The notes below the pieces were generated by a model. The model saw only the letters and a program-made list of their open reading frames with translations. It was not told the DNA's origin and searched no databases. A DNA stretch of 62,087 nt, counting the filler, from Sluysia triapertura (lineage: Eukaryota), in assembly GCA_046118255.1 (NCBI GenBank). It is 5 parts of 5 records of this genome, joined end to end, with 100 filler letters (N's around TTAATTAATTAA, not from the genome) between each part and the next. Parts side by side here need not be neighbours in the genome. Positions count along the whole stretch, not along the records: positions 1 to 10,858 come from JBJNIA010192528.1; positions 10,959 to 23,888 come from JBJNIA010071947.1; 3 more parts are not named here. The stretch is one strand, 5' to 3'. The position numbers and the translations under genes are program-made. Of the stretch, positions 1 through 14,449 are shown one piece after another. Positions within the stretch are counted from its first letter, which is position 1. The number at the start of each line of letters is the position of its first letter.

Positions 1-3000
1 AATTTAAGGACAATTAATGAAAAATTTTACAGTAACTTTGTCAAAGAAAAGTTAGTATTGTCCAATTTTGAAGAAAAGTTAATGTGTTTTCCAATTTCGA
101 CCAAAAAAAGTTTGTATTTTCCAATTTTCCAAATTATAAATCAATTGTGTATCCATAAAATTGTGTGTGTATTAATCAAATCGACAATGGTGTGTTGTTT
201 ACACTTTTATAAAAGTTAACTCAATATAAATAAGTCTTTTTATGACAGTTAATTATAATTCACTAGAAATCAATCTCATAATAATTCAGTAAAAATATAA
301 ATCAATATAAAATATAAATGCGCACTCTCAGTAATTACGCAACATATACAAATGCTAGTGCTGAAATAACTTAAGGCTCAATTAACCACGAATAAATAGG
401 TTAAAAATAAAATTTACTAAATAACTATAAGATTCAATCATTGTTTGCCACTAATGTATTGAGTCAGCCTTTCTACTGCACAAGTAATAATTATTGCAAT
501 TATTTTTTTGTCAAATGATAGGAAAATGTGGTTCTTTATATAGCGTTTAGATAATTACTAGAAAGTATGGAATTCCACTTAATTATTGTGAATGCCGACA
601 ACACATGCTTATTTCTTAGAGTCAGTTTTATGCCAACCATTTTTGTTAATCAAATGTGAACTTTAATTTACATCGAATTTCCCTCTTAGTATTGCTTAGC
701 AATTATTCAACGATAATGAGCTTTGTGACAAACAAATTTTTACCTTTTCAAAATAATAAAATTAAAATTTATCATAATGGTTATAACAATAATAATTGAT
801 ACGATAATACATTAACTTAAACTTAATATAAATCTAATCGGATATAACTTTTGATAGGTCACCTATCAGTTTCAATAACATACACAGAATTATCTCTTAA
901 TAAGCATTAATTTTATATGTACTTTTCCTAAGTGTACCCATTATAATACATATAAACTTAACTTTATAATGAAGAAAACTAATTATGACTAATGATTTTA
1001 TGATATCTAAGTTGACGTGTTACATAATATTTCGGTGTTCATAACACTAATAAATTTCATCATTGTATTTCATTACAAATGATGCCCGTCCTTATGGATG
1101 CGGAAAATTATTGAGTAAAAACTATTTTCAATTTTAATTAAATTGATTAATAAATGTACTTACAAATTTTTATAAAACTTTAAAAAATATTTATCCCTTC
1201 GCATTCAAGCTACGACGCTTTGCTTGCTTCGTTAATGCTTTCAATTACTAATTTTATTTTATTTTATGTTTAGTAATACGAAATCGCACTAATATTCATT
1301 ATTCAATTTATTATCTCAAATGATTTTATAACAGGCAAATTTTAATTAACTATAGCTCAAATTTATTGATTTCAATTATCCACAATTAAAATTTTTCCTG
1401 ATTTCTGATATTATAGTTAAAATAAATCTCAAACTAAAATGATAGGCAATCAAAGCAACAAAATATGTAATAAAAAGAATCAATACAACTTAGTTCAAAA
1501 ATAAATTATTTTTAATAATAAGGCTTGGATATTTTATTTTAATTTAATGGTGATTTTAAATTGGATTTTAAGTTGAATTTTGTCTCATCGTTAATGAAGA
1601 AAAACTTACGAAATCTTTACTTGAAAAATAAAAATATTATTTCATTTAAAAATATTATTTAACATTTATGTATGCTTATGACATGTACATCTTTAACGGA
1701 ATAAAGTTTAGCTACTCTTATTGTTACTTCGTTATGCCTCATACTACGTCTTTCCTTAGTTTTTTATTTTCTTTTTTGCGGGTAAGTTCCTTGTCCATGC
1801 AAATATCAAAATTATATGACAGTATTAACGCATTTAAACAAATGATGAAAAAGATTATTTTTATTAGTTTATAATGCTTAATTTGTGACATGATAATTAA
1901 GAAATAAACCACTTATATTAAATCGAGGTAGTAAAGTTGTTACAAGATATAGTGCAAAATACGTATTCTTTAGTTTGTTCTCAAAACATATAAAAATAAA
2001 ATTAATAATAAATACAAATTTTACTTGAATTTAAGATAAAATATATTTTATACTTATATTTCTAAATAAAATTTTAGATTAAAGTTGTGTTTTACATTTT
2101 AAAAAGTATTTAGAATATATGTATTTCCTAATTTTATTTTGGGTAAATTTTTTAATGATTCTGCGCCGTAATCATTTACGAAAATCAATTTAAAGTTCTA
2201 ATCAAAATGATGCATCTACTAAAATACTAAAATAAAATAATAAATATAAAGTAGAAACTAAATTTAAGAATTTCCATATTATTTCATTTTCTTTTGCCGA
2301 TATATTCTTAAACAAATATTATTTAGACTTATTAATTGCCTAATGTAACATATATAATATCTTCATTAACAAAATCCTCTAGCATCGTTAAATAATTGAT
2401 TATAGAATAAATTAAGTTACATATTATTTTTTTTCTGTCATGTTTAAAATTATATTTATAAAGCAAATAATAATGGAACATATCACATTGTTGTGGTTTG
2501 CCTTAATCCTAAGCTACAGTAAAATAATTCTTAATAAGATTTGGTTACAATATATGACTTACGACGTAATTTAACTATCAGCTTCTTAACCCACATAGAT
2601 TAATTAGTAAATTTCTTCATTTAAAATTTAAGATATAATCCTAACTTTATGTTTAATATTGTAGCAGTTTATGTCGAAATTTTTAGTAATCTTAAATTTC
2701 TAGAACTATATTACGCTTACCTAGTTTATGCATAATATTACATTTATGCGTAATATGTTTTACAGAGAGACTATTCGTAGTGTTTAAATATTGTAGCTAT
2801 AATAATTCACAATTAACTTAATCCAATCAAATCACAAAACCAACAAGTTAACAAGTCATACTAAACAAAGCACTATGTTACAAATTGAACAGAATCCACA
2901 ATTATAATTAAGAAATGACAAACGAGAATAGATGGTAAGAAAAGAATAAGTATTTAATTTATCAATTCAAGATTTTAAATACAAATTTTGCCTTTATTAA

Positions 3001-5036
3001 ATCGGATGAAGAGAAATTTACTAACAATGATTATACGTTGATTTTAATATTTTACTCTTAAAAATAATAAATTTACTAATTTTTTAAGAATTTTCAATAT
3101 GGCCTATTGGACTAACAAAATTGAAAACAAAATTGAACTGTGATGTTGGTGTAACTTGCTTTAAAAATCTTAAATTGAAATTGTGAATTGATTTTCAACT
3201 AGTCAGTAACCAATCAAAATCAATTAGAATTTTCTAGAAAGTTCTTTTCTTCTTTATAAAATCATGTCTTCATTTTTGGAAAATTTACGATTTTAAAGGG
3301 TTGTAATATAGAAAACACTCAGCGCAGATTTTTTATTATTATAATGTAAAATTTTTAATTACTTTTATCAAATTTATTCAAGATTTTAACTATCTTTATT
3401 TACTTAATTTTAGTTTGTAAAGTCGAGATAATCTATCACTTGGAAATGTGTATACATCAAAAAATTATAACTTAATTATGGGTTATCGTGAATACTTTAA
3501 ACTTGTCTCTTGATTGTTAGAAATAGAAGAGCTAAATTTCAATTTTTTCTAACAACTGATAAATGATAAATTAATTAAAACTGAATTATTAAAACGGTTT
3601 GCGAAGGTCTTGTTTAAATTTATTAACTTAACCTTACAAAGTAAAGATTTAATGGGTTGGCCTATAGTAAGTTGTTTATAACCTTAGCGATGAACACTCG
3701 TACATGATTTCAAACTAATAACCTAATAAATTTTATTGTTTGATTTTGAGACTTTTCTGAAGACTTAAATTATGTATAATAATTTAAATTTAATATTAAA
3801 ATCTTTTATTCTCTTAATTTAGTCCGTTTAACTTAATGATACAGAGATGTACACTTAATTTTTTTATCTTATAGTGTAGGTTATTGTGGTGGTCAACCTA
3901 TCACTTCAAGAATTTTGTTCCATCAAAACACAATACAATCATCTTTGAGAACATTCACAATTGTTATCATCATCAAATATTTTAAACATAAAATTTCACA
4001 ACAACAAAATTTTTCTCATTATCGAATATCACCAATCATACATTTAAAATCAACATAAACAATTTTAAATTAAATCAACACATTGTATATAAAACCATAT
4101 TCTCTAACATTTTAACATTCTCATATTTTATCTCCTTTATATCCACTAAACATTATTCTAACCTTATCAAAACAATCCTTTTCATAACTTTACAATATCA
4201 ACATTACATTTCTTAACACTACACAACAACCTTTTAGAATTTGTCAAAACTGTTTTTATATTTTATTCTTTTCAGATCCACTAAAATCAATTTCCACATA
4301 TCAAAAAATTTTAAATCCACAATCCCATAACATTCAAATCACAGTGACATTCAAAACCATCAATTTACATCAAAAAATTCATCTAAAATATTTTATTCTT
4401 CATTTCTTAACAATTCAATTACAATCACATCCGAAATTAACTACCAGACACCTTCAAATCAATTCAAACATTCCAAATTCATAATTTTTTATCACAAGAG
4501 AATAACCGTGTTTTAAGTTATTAGGATTTAAATATGTAAGAAATATTAAAGAGTACAAGGAAAGATTATGTTTTAAGTTTATGCATTTATAACAATAATA
4601 ATGACGATAACAATGTTATTATTATTATTATTTTGAATTTTCATTATTTTTAACTTTTAATATGTTCAGAAATTAAAGAAATAAATAAAGTTCGTGTTAA
4701 TTTTCAAGAATTACAAAGAATTTGTGCGTTAATAATAATAACATTATTGTTATTGTTATTATTATTATCATTTTTATTATTATTTTATTTTTGCCAAATT
4801 TAATTAATTGTATTATTCAATCAGTGATTACCCCTATCAATGGTGACATTGTTAGTTGCCATCTGTGAATTCTTGTCACGATTGATTGTGGTCGACTTTA
4901 CAATATAAAAATAATTTTGTATTATTACTGGTTCTGCTCATTAATTTATATCTATGGTTGGACAGCCAAGCCAGAAGAATTACAAAAATAAAATTTGCTT
5001 AAAAATTTTTATAAAAATAGAAACACTAATGAATTA

Positions 5037-5605
5037 ATGCCAATTAATAAACAAGATTTTACAGTTTCATCTAAGGAGTTAATTATAGAATACTTGAAAA
5101 GATCTATACAAGCCATATTAACGTATAAAGAAGGTAGAAACCTTCAAGAAATTTCGGATTTTATTTATTCATTTAATTTCTGTTCTGCTATAGAAGCAAT
5201 ATTTCTTCCTCAGCAATTTAGATATACATCTACTATTTTTCGAAAACTAAATAGACCCAATTTGAATATGAATTTTGGAGAGTTATAAAAAAGAAAGTTT
5301 CAAAAAAATTTTGGGAATACCTGTATAATAATGATCCTGTTACAAATATTGGTTACAGTAGAATTTGGATTCGGCACACTATCAATGAATCAACATTAAA
5401 TCGTTATATTGAATCATTAAAACTTGACACGAAATTTTCGAATTATTTTTATTCTAAGAATTCATTTCTAAGAGATCTTGAAATGGTTTAAGTATGTCGC
5501 GGATTATTAAAATTGATTTAATATTTAGATTTTAAACTGCATATATGATCACCTTTGTTAAATACATGGGTTAATTCAGATGCGCTAAAATTATATCTGG
5601 CTTAG
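5037..5605 (+). pseudogene. RUN-domain gene (PLEKHM1-like N-terminus), disrupted
   Basis: FCSAIEAIFL, then after a 1-nt shift in the T-run near 5275: FWRVIKK...TNIGYSRIWIRHTINESTLNRYIESL...YSKNSFLRD, then DFKLHI*SPLLNTW. Resembles PLEKHM1 RUN motifs (MCSALEAVF, TDVGRCRAWLRLALN, ALLRD, ILNEW). Carries a frameshift and an in-frame TGA. ORF pieces at 5781-6420 may be further remnants. Confidence 0.7.
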
Positions 5606-8499
5606 ATATGATACCAAATAATTTAATTGATCTCAATGTAGACGTGAACAAAACCTATGTTAGTTCATTCAAAGACTTTAATGATGATGATGAATCAGTG
5701 AATTCGAAATATATTGTAAATAGTAATGATGATTACATTTTATCTCAACATATAAAAATATTATTTCCCGTTATTATACTATGATCAATGTAAATGATTA
5801 CATCTTAGACAACAAATCTTTACGCTGTGCAGATGATTACCAAATAATTCCAAAGAAATATTACACATTAGAAATTAAAGCAAATGATGAGAATATTGTT
5901 AACAGTTTGAACCATAATAACATACAGTCAAAAAGTAATTCTCCAACGCTTTTTAACAACTGTGATGAGTCGATTAAATGTTTGTCTCATATGAAAAAAA
6001 TACAGAAATTCAAAAGTCTACAAATACTATAATTACATCAATTTCAAGATAGCTTGTCGGGTTGACGCTGTGCCCATACGACAGCGACCTCGATGGTATC
6101 TGCACAAGATTTACAACCGATTATCCGTATGTGCATACTGTTGGTCAAATGTTGAATACAAATATCGATCATTCTCATTCGGATCACCTGCTACAATCTA
6201 TTGGTATTCAAACTCCAGCAAACAGCAACGACTTTAGTTATAATAATAACGTAACTTTTGTTTATTTTTATTCTAATGATGATTTAACAGTTATTTTTTG
6301 TTTAGGTAGAGAAGCATGGCTTATCCATAAACCAGAAGATACCATAGATACCTTTCGTAACAATATGTCTAAATTATATTCATTTAATCGTAATAAAACT
6401 CCTAAATTTTATTTAATTAATAAAATCCTATATGTTTGTGTATTTTCTTTGTCTTATTTTAAACTTTTAAATGTCACGATGCTCTTAATTTATGTAAAAT
6501 TAAAATCAAGAGAAAAGATTTTAATTAATACAATAAAAAGATATATTAAATACCAGATATTATATAATTTAAATTATTCCAATAATATAAATCTTTTATA
6601 ACCCAACAGTTATACTGATCTTATTACTTAATTTATCTAAATGCTTTTTAATTTTTCTATTCTCTAAAATAATCCTCCGGGTGGATCAATGACTACGTTA
6701 AACGGATATTATTTATTATTTTTGACGATAAAAAGAAATTAAAAAATGTTAAGATAGCAATAAAATCGCATCATCAATTATAAATTATTTAATTATACTT
6801 TAACGTATTAATTTTTCTTCGTGATACATTTATGTATTTTATTGTTACCTTTAAAGTTGTATAAAATTAAAAACGTTAGGTATGAATATAAACTTCCTTA
6901 AAGAAGCATTAAATAAATTACCAAAGTCTTTTGAAATTGAATCAGTTTTTTTCGAATGGCAGTCGTGTGAGCTTCCTTCAAAATTTCGAAAATAAAGTTT
7001 TAATTTGTAAAATTCCATATTATCTAGATAATCATAATGATTATTCGCTGGGCCATTCCTATTCTTATTTCGATTCTTATAGATTTTCCTTCTACGCTTA
7101 TCTTTCTCGTGACGTATTTGATTCAGTCTCCCTCTATTTCGTAATGTTTATAATACTATTGAAGGGGGGTGTCATAAGGTTTGAAATAGGTCTTCAGATT
7201 TCATATATCGATATCTTCCTCGCAATAAATATCTATATCTCCCTCTTTGCTTGTTGAGTTGGTACGCCTAATTTATTTATTATTAATTCTGGTTAATCTT
7301 TCAAAATATCCATTTCTATTATTAAATCTTCTGGGATATAATACATGACCGCTATTTTTATTCCCAATGTTTTTGTCTAATACTTTATTTAATTTCTTGT
7401 ACAGTAAAAAATATTGATGAATCTAAAACTTATCATGTTATTATTTTCTCTTTTGCAATATTTTCACTATTGCAATTTTTGACAAGAATTTCTTGATATA
7501 ATCTATACGCGCACTGATCCTCATTTTGACATATAGATTTCTTTTCATAAATTAAATAACTAAATAAGTTATTAGTTAATTCTTGGGTTAATTCTTCTTC
7601 CATTTTTCCCAATAGTATTCTTTTATCTTTTATTATTTTGTTTGTCGAAAGACGATCCTTTAATTGACAATGCCCTAAAATCATTGTTATATTTTATATA
7701 TTTTATATTATATATGTAGATATACACATTATATTCACATTATATTGATATTAATATTTTACACACATTATATGACATTATGTAATGAATTGGTATTGTG
7801 TTAAATTAAATTATTGATCTTGAAAAATTATTGATTTTATTTTAAATCTTTTGGTTTTACTGGAAATAATTATTTATTTAAATATAAAGTGAGAAATTAT
7901 TATTGTTTTTAAATTAAAATTAACGTGATAATGATGATTTTAAATTATTTTAAATAATTAACATTTTTAAATGATTTGTTTTAGTCTGACCAATAATTAG
8001 TACATAATACACAAAATTTTAAACAGATTTTTTAACAAAGATTTTTGGTTGCAAGTTTTAAAAGTTTTTTCGCAGATACCTATATTTTTTATAATATCAG
8101 ACGTAAAATCCACTAAAATTTATTAAATATATTTGGTTCATATAGTAGATCCGGTGAAAAATCAATTTTTAAATTTATGCATATTGATAAACTAACTTAA
8201 GACAGTTAGTTTTTGTAAAGTTATTATTATTAACTATTTGTATATCCTCGATTTTTGTATAAAAATAAAGTTTTTGTAATTATTTAGTCACTTAATTTGT
8301 ATAGATTTAAAATTTCTTAAAATCCAGAATTACAATGGTTTTCAAGAAGCTAGAATTTAACTCTAGCAACGAAAAATCTTATACAGAGATTCCATATAAA
8401 GGAACTTACGTAAAATTACCAAATAAATTTTAAAAAATTTTAAATTTTAATTTATTAATAATTCAATTAAAAATTGTATACAGTTTTTTGAAATTTATT

Positions 8500-9250
8500 T
8501 ACCTTCGAGCATCACTAGAGACTTTAATAAAGCTTACCTCCAGATAGTATTAAGCATTAAAGTTTTACTAGCATATTTTGAGACTTTACTTTGATTTACA
8601 AAATCCAACAGCTGGCCCTAACCGGTAAGTCCAATACGTTGGTGAACTCACCTTGATAATCGTTTTATTCTATTAGTATGTTACTATATTACTTTTTCTC
8701 ACATATAGTTTTTATTTTATGTTATATTTTATTTTATACTTTAGTAGATTATTTGACAACTTATAATTCCAAAAGGTACTTTCTTATAACTTTATAATAT
8801 GTTTAACTTCTTGTCTTCCAAGTGTGCGTCATCATTAAGTTCATCAATTTCTTTTATTTTAGCTAGTAACGTTTGTACATTTGTGTCCTTGATATTTTTG
8901 CGGAGGATGTCTTTTAGGCTAATATCGTCTAATTCTATTTTTTCGAATAATTCTTCATTTATGTTTACTAATATATTTCTAACATTATAAAACCGTATGC
9001 TGGATGTATCTCTAATTGTCATAATATAACCATGCAAATTATCAAGTCTTTCGAACATTCATCCATAGTATAGATTGTTGTTTCAATTTCATAATCCAAA
9101 ATCTCTAGTACTTATTGCATCTCCATTTAACCCTTTCTTTTTCTTTCTTTGTGAGCATCCTATGTCGAATGGCTGATACCTGGGATCAAGTATCTACTAA
9201 ATTGGCAAATTTCATATCCATTATAATACTTTTAAGATAGTAGCAAATTT
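8500..9250 (-). mobile_element. Possible degenerate LTR-retrotransposon gag/protease remnant
   Basis: Broken minus-strand ORF (8792-9058) followed by an eroded LNT.EVSFIK protease-like motif near 8540-8565. Weak. Confidence 0.25.
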
Positions 9251-9359
9251 TTTCGACGGAGTTAACTTTATTGAAATTTATTTCTGCACCTCAAGACTCT
9301 TATTTATTTCTTTGAGATTTTTATTTGGGTATATTATTGTGTCATCACTGAAAATTGTT

Positions 9360-10160
9360 TTATTCATCAATGTATGCACCGATATTATCTTTGCTATTTA
9401 ATCGGCAGATTGTTCAGGCCGCTGGTAAAACCCTAACGAATGATGAGTGTCAACGAATTCCCGGAATGGCACTTTTGCAGCATTTTAAGAATTGAATTCT
9501 TTTCCTATTAAAAGTTATACAAATTGCGGAAGATGTGGAAGTCAGTGGGGATTATGTCGGGTGAGTATGAAGATGAAAAAGAAGTCCCAACTACAATATC
9601 TGCAGTTTTTCCATAGTTGTTTGGGCTATACGTGATGTAGCATTATCATGCACTAAGATATGAGTTGGTCAAGGTTATTTTTCTTTAAGTTTTCTACTAT
9701 TTTGTCGAGTTGGTTTCAGAAATTTTTTGCTGTGAGATTTCTGGGTATGTTTTTGTTATTCATCCTTGTTCAACCACTGTGATAGATGGATCCATTTCTC
9801 ATCACAAGTGACAATTCGATTCAAAAATTTGTGACGAAACGCTTTGGTTTCTGCTTTCATTCAATTTGACAAAATAATTTGCGTAGTGATACTATTGTTA
9901 GACTTCATAAAATGGACTGACCGGGATCGAACCCGGGACCTCTCGCTGCGCACTTCGATGCTCTACTCACTGAGCTATCAGCTTGTCTAACTATTTTAGA
10001 TTATTATAGTCAATATTACTAAATGGCACTTTAGGCCTTTACCACAACACTATAGCCAAATAAACTATTAATGTTTCGTGCGATCTGCGATGTTGTAGTT
10101 CCATGCAAGAATTCATACTTCATAATAGTGAGAATTTCCGACTGTTTCATTTCAGCATAA
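9360..10160 (-). mobile_element. Mariner (DD34D) transposase remnant, interrupted by tRNA-cassette element copy 1
   Basis: Minus strand: MKQSEILTIMKYEFLHGTTTSQIARNINSLFG (HTH start), FLNRIVTCDEKWI, LVHDNA, YSPDIIPTDFHIF, and terminal NIGAYIDE*. Contains stops and deletions. Confidence 0.85.
9896..10049 (-). mobile_element. tRNA-Ala-cassette element, copy 1 (154 bp, TSD CTAT)
   Basis: Termini TGTT...AACA. CTAT at 9892-9895 and 10050-10053. Contains TAGCTCAGTG A-box, GGTTCGATCC B-box and TCAGTCCA-TTTT. Splits the mariner ORF. Confidence 0.9.
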
Positions 10161-10858
10161 TTAATTTTTAAAAAATATTTAATATTTTGTAGAGCTTACA
10201 GTGTTTTCTTTAAGTATGTGAGATCTGCAACTTCCCAACATGTGAAACAGAATGGTAAAATATTAAGCCAATGTAAAATAATAAGCTGCTAAAGTAAATT
10301 TCATATTCGCAAACTCAATAATTCCATCTTATTCTTATCGTTTTGCTTTAATTCTTCCATTTCTTCACAGTCAGTAAGTGCACATATTTTTGTCTTCCAA
10401 TAACGACGAATTTGCTTTTACCTCATTTTAAAGTAGCTTTTCCTCAAAAGTTTCAAAATTATTGTTTTCAGTTCTTGTTTTACCACTTACATTTATATTT
10501 ATATTTAATTTAAAAAAACTTTTTCCTATAATCAAATTTTGCAAAATAAATACTTTAATGCCAAACAATTCAAAAGATTAATTTAAAACTATGTTGTAAA
10601 ATTTGTTAGATAAATATTTAATTATATTTACTTACAAAAGAAAGTAGCTTATATTTAAGTAAATTTATAAATATTTTATCATTCATTAAATTTTATTTTT
10701 ATTTATAGAAAAAAATCAGTTTAATTTGAAGTTAATTTAATTATATACTTAAAGCATTAAATACATAGTTAAATATAGGCTTGTAGGGAACTCGTCATTC
10801 GGTATCAATCACAATTCATCACACAACATTCACTATAACTCATCTCACAAAATTCAAC

Positions 10859-10958
10859 NNNNNNNNNNNNNNNNNNNNNNNNNNNNNNNNNNNNNNNNNN
10901 NNTTAATTAATTAANNNNNNNNNNNNNNNNNNNNNNNNNNNNNNNNNNNNNNNNNNNN
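10859..10958. other. Artificial contig-joining linker
   Basis: N44-TTAATTAATTAA-N44, a six-frame stop spacer. Confidence 0.95.
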
Positions 10959-12693
10959 TTTTAAATTGCATTATATTACTTATAAACACATTTGTAATAA
11001 GGTGATTTGATATCTTTTACATTTCATTGATGTTACACAAATGAGTTCTGACACTTCTACTTTTAACTTTACCACCGCAGTAACTTTGTTTTATTCAAGA
11101 TATTTATATCTTCAATCTGTTATAGATTAAAATAAAACTAATTTGTATTACTTTTAAACAATCTAGATGCAACCGATCATGTTCTCCGTTAAAAGAATAA
11201 GAATTTTGAAACAGTTGGTAAGTCTTTAACAAGAAGCCATGAATCTTCATAGTAATCTTGTAATTATATTTTTAATTATTTATTGCTATTGGATCAAAGA
11301 TTTCTAAAATTTATCCTGGCGCATCATTATTTAAGATTGGTTTAACAATTGATTCTAATTGAGAAGTATGTTTTTGTAAAAAATTTAACATTTAATACTT
11401 TAATGTTTAATTTTTTACATTGTATTTTGTTAAATAATGCATAATTTGACAATGTGTATACATTCACTTATTAAATAACAAGTGATGAGAGTATTTAGCT
11501 AAAATTTTATTTACAGTAACACCTGCCTTTGATAAAGTCGCATTTATTTCGATGGTTAATTGATGGGTCATGTGAAGTTTGTGTTAATTTTGGCATAAAG
11601 GCTTATTTTTTTAGTTACGACAAACTTCTGCCTTGATCTGTTTGTAAGGCAGTATTTGTTTCTTTTATGGAGTAAGCTCATTTGTTGCTTTGATTTCTGT
11701 GTTTGATCCATTTGAATGTCTTTTGAAAATTGTTTTGTTTGGGATCTTAACTGTTTAATGAAAACCCTAAGATGGTTAAGCCTGAGGATGTTGTTGCGTG
11801 ATTGAATAGTAGTCAGGATCTTTTTTTGTTGATATTAGTCTTAGTGTTAGCGATATTTTTTTATTGAAAATATTATATTTATGATGTAAATAGTAAGATT
11901 ATAATAAGTGTCGGGGAATTTGTAATTATTTATTGAAGTCATTTTTATAATTATATAATTAAATAATTATATAATTATACAATTCCATTAAAATTATATA
12001 ATACTATTATTATATGTCTTATTATTTTTCACGAAAAATAACGAAGTATAGAAAATCTCTTAAAACATATCTTATTTTTAATACATTATACCATATTCAT
12101 GACCCTAAGTTCTCGTAATTATACACAAAATGAAAACCGAACTATATCTAAAACCGCTTTCTGTTATAAAATTTATTAATGCATATTGATTACATATTGA
12201 TTACACTTTTGAATCTTGAAGTGACTCGATGAATGATATTAGTTTTGAACATCCATCTGGCTTCTTTGATCTTTCAATTCCTTTTTCTAATTGTTTCGCA
12301 GCTGAATTTGAATACATAATTTTTTAAATTTCGAAAGTTATGAAAATGTTACATAAAAATAATGCATAAATAATATAATACATAAATATAGTCTAATATA
12401 TAAATATAATACATAAATACGTATATAACATAATAAAATATAAGAAAGGATGTGGGGCAATAATGATGACATGATGACATTAGGGATTATCTTTATTGTG
12501 AAACTTAACTTTAAATTTTAATTTATATTAGCTCACTATGACTTTGTTGGTTGTGATGTAAATATAACTAAAATGTGATGGTGAAAACATGAGATTTGAC
12601 GCGATGTTACAGGATGGTGTAAGTGTATTGTTAGATTCTTTTGTGGTACGCTTTTTTCGTGTGTATGATTGCTGTTATAAATTTTGTTTAAAC

Positions 12694-12773
<80 letters not shown>
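12694..12773. repeat. Head-to-head (AAT)n/(ATT)n microsatellite forming a palindrome
   Basis: About 15 AAT units switch directly to about 12 ATT units near 12738. Confidence 0.95.
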
Positions 12774-12775
<2 letters not shown>

Positions 12776-13329
12776 CACAATTATTATTTGTGTAGTTTGT
12801 ATCCAATCTTGGAGGCGTGGAGACATTATAACCACGATATTTAAATTTTAAATAGATGCCAAGTACTGATGAATTTTGGTTTGTATTATGCTGATTTAGA
12901 GAAACGATAACGTTTATTCATACATGGTATATCGGGATAGATTTTATGAAATCTATGTGCATAGTCACCTGTAGCATCAAATTTTGCTGTTTTACTCATT
13001 AAGTTTCATCGATATGGTCGATAATTTATTTCTATTATAACAATGAATCAATATAAATAAGGTGACGATGTATTTTAAATTTAAATTTTGTTTTTTGCCC
13101 TTACCTTCTCAATTATTTCAAAATTAATAGTATTTTATCGAATATATTAAGTATTTAAAAATAAAATTGTTTACGTGATACACTAATAACTAACTAACAA
13201 ATGATTTTGCATCTATCAATTTCTGAACAAATTGTAACATTAAAGCGAACTATAATATTAATGGATAGCTGGTACTAAGCTTGTTTCATTCAATTCAACA
13301 GGTCGCAGATCGGTAGTTTGGTTGGCATT

Positions 13330-13600
13330 CTGCCGAAGAATGCCGTTGTAAAACTCAGTCAATATCAATTTGTTCAATATCAGGGAGAAGAGCCTTTCGA
13401 TCATCATCTTGAAATCGAATCAATTAGTTCTAGTTTTATTCAAGAATGGGGGAAGCTGGATTCGAACCTCGCATATTCGTTTCTCATCGACGCCTAACTC
13501 ATGTGACGCTGATTTGTTACTGAGATCTTTTGCTTTCTTTACATCAACTTGTTTGAAGACTAAATAGCACTAAATAGTGTTTTGACATCTAAATAGCATT
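13330..13600 (-). mobile_element. pogo/Tigger-like transposase N-terminal remnant
   Basis: Minus strand VFKQVDVKKAKDLSNKSASHELGVDEKRICE, then RKALLPDIEQI. Resembles pogo Brinker/CENP-B HTH motifs (FGVDEKRVREW; GRK..PELE). Confidence 0.55.
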
Positions 13601-13874
13601 AAAAAATGTAGAAAATTGAATAAAATAAATTAATATATATAAAAATTCTAATTAAAATTGTCACAAAATTTTAATTAGAAACTTATTCCAATGGTAATTG
13701 ATTTTAGAATTTGAAATAAAAAATCTCCTTTGACTCTTCAATGAAATATTGAGCTTTGATTTATCTAGCGATTCAAAATTATTAAAAAACAATGATAATC
13801 CTATAGTTTTGTTGTAATATAATATTGTTGTAATCAAATCACATAATAATAATAATTTATTATTATTACTAGTA

Positions 13875-13875
<1 letters not shown>

Positions 13876-13935
<60 letters not shown>
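13876..13935. repeat. (TAT)n microsatellite
   Basis: Direct reading of the sequence. Confidence 0.95.
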
Positions 13936-14449
13936 TAAATGTTAAAAGCAATAAAGTTGGTAAAACTTGTAAACCTGATGTTAAATATATCAGGCTGGGA
14001 TTTCTTGACCATTCTATCAATAATAAAATGTCAGGTTTTTAAAGTTACATTTTGTAAAAGTTAGAAGATAAGTAATGCAAACGAAATTTTGTCAATTCTG
14101 TTAATTTAAATACAGCATGTACTTGAATTCAATGTGCATGATCGATATCATGGCCATTGTAAATCTCGTGCGGAATGGTAACTTTCTTGAACGCAGATGA
14201 AGCTCTTGTATTTAAAGTTAGATATGTGTATCATGAACTAGGTTGCGCAGTTCTTAATTTTGAATACAATAGTAAAAGCATATGAACTAAGACTAATAAA
14301 ATATTGTTGAAAGCGAACACTTGAGCCTTGTCAATGCTGCTAAATTCAGCAATATCATTCGAAATGCATGATTTTCATAATAAAGACCGACCTTATTAAT
14401 ATGATATGTAAGATTCAGGTAAATGATCCGCGACGCATAGACCAACTTT

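Noticed and set aside
12536-12835. Poly-N/poly-Y ORFs (also 41501-41725, 49214-49411)
   Set aside because: These are translations of AAT/TAT microsatellites.
13445-13470. B-box-like GGTTCGAATCC on the minus strand
   Set aside because: No A-box or cloverleaf; it lies within a pogo transposase remnant.
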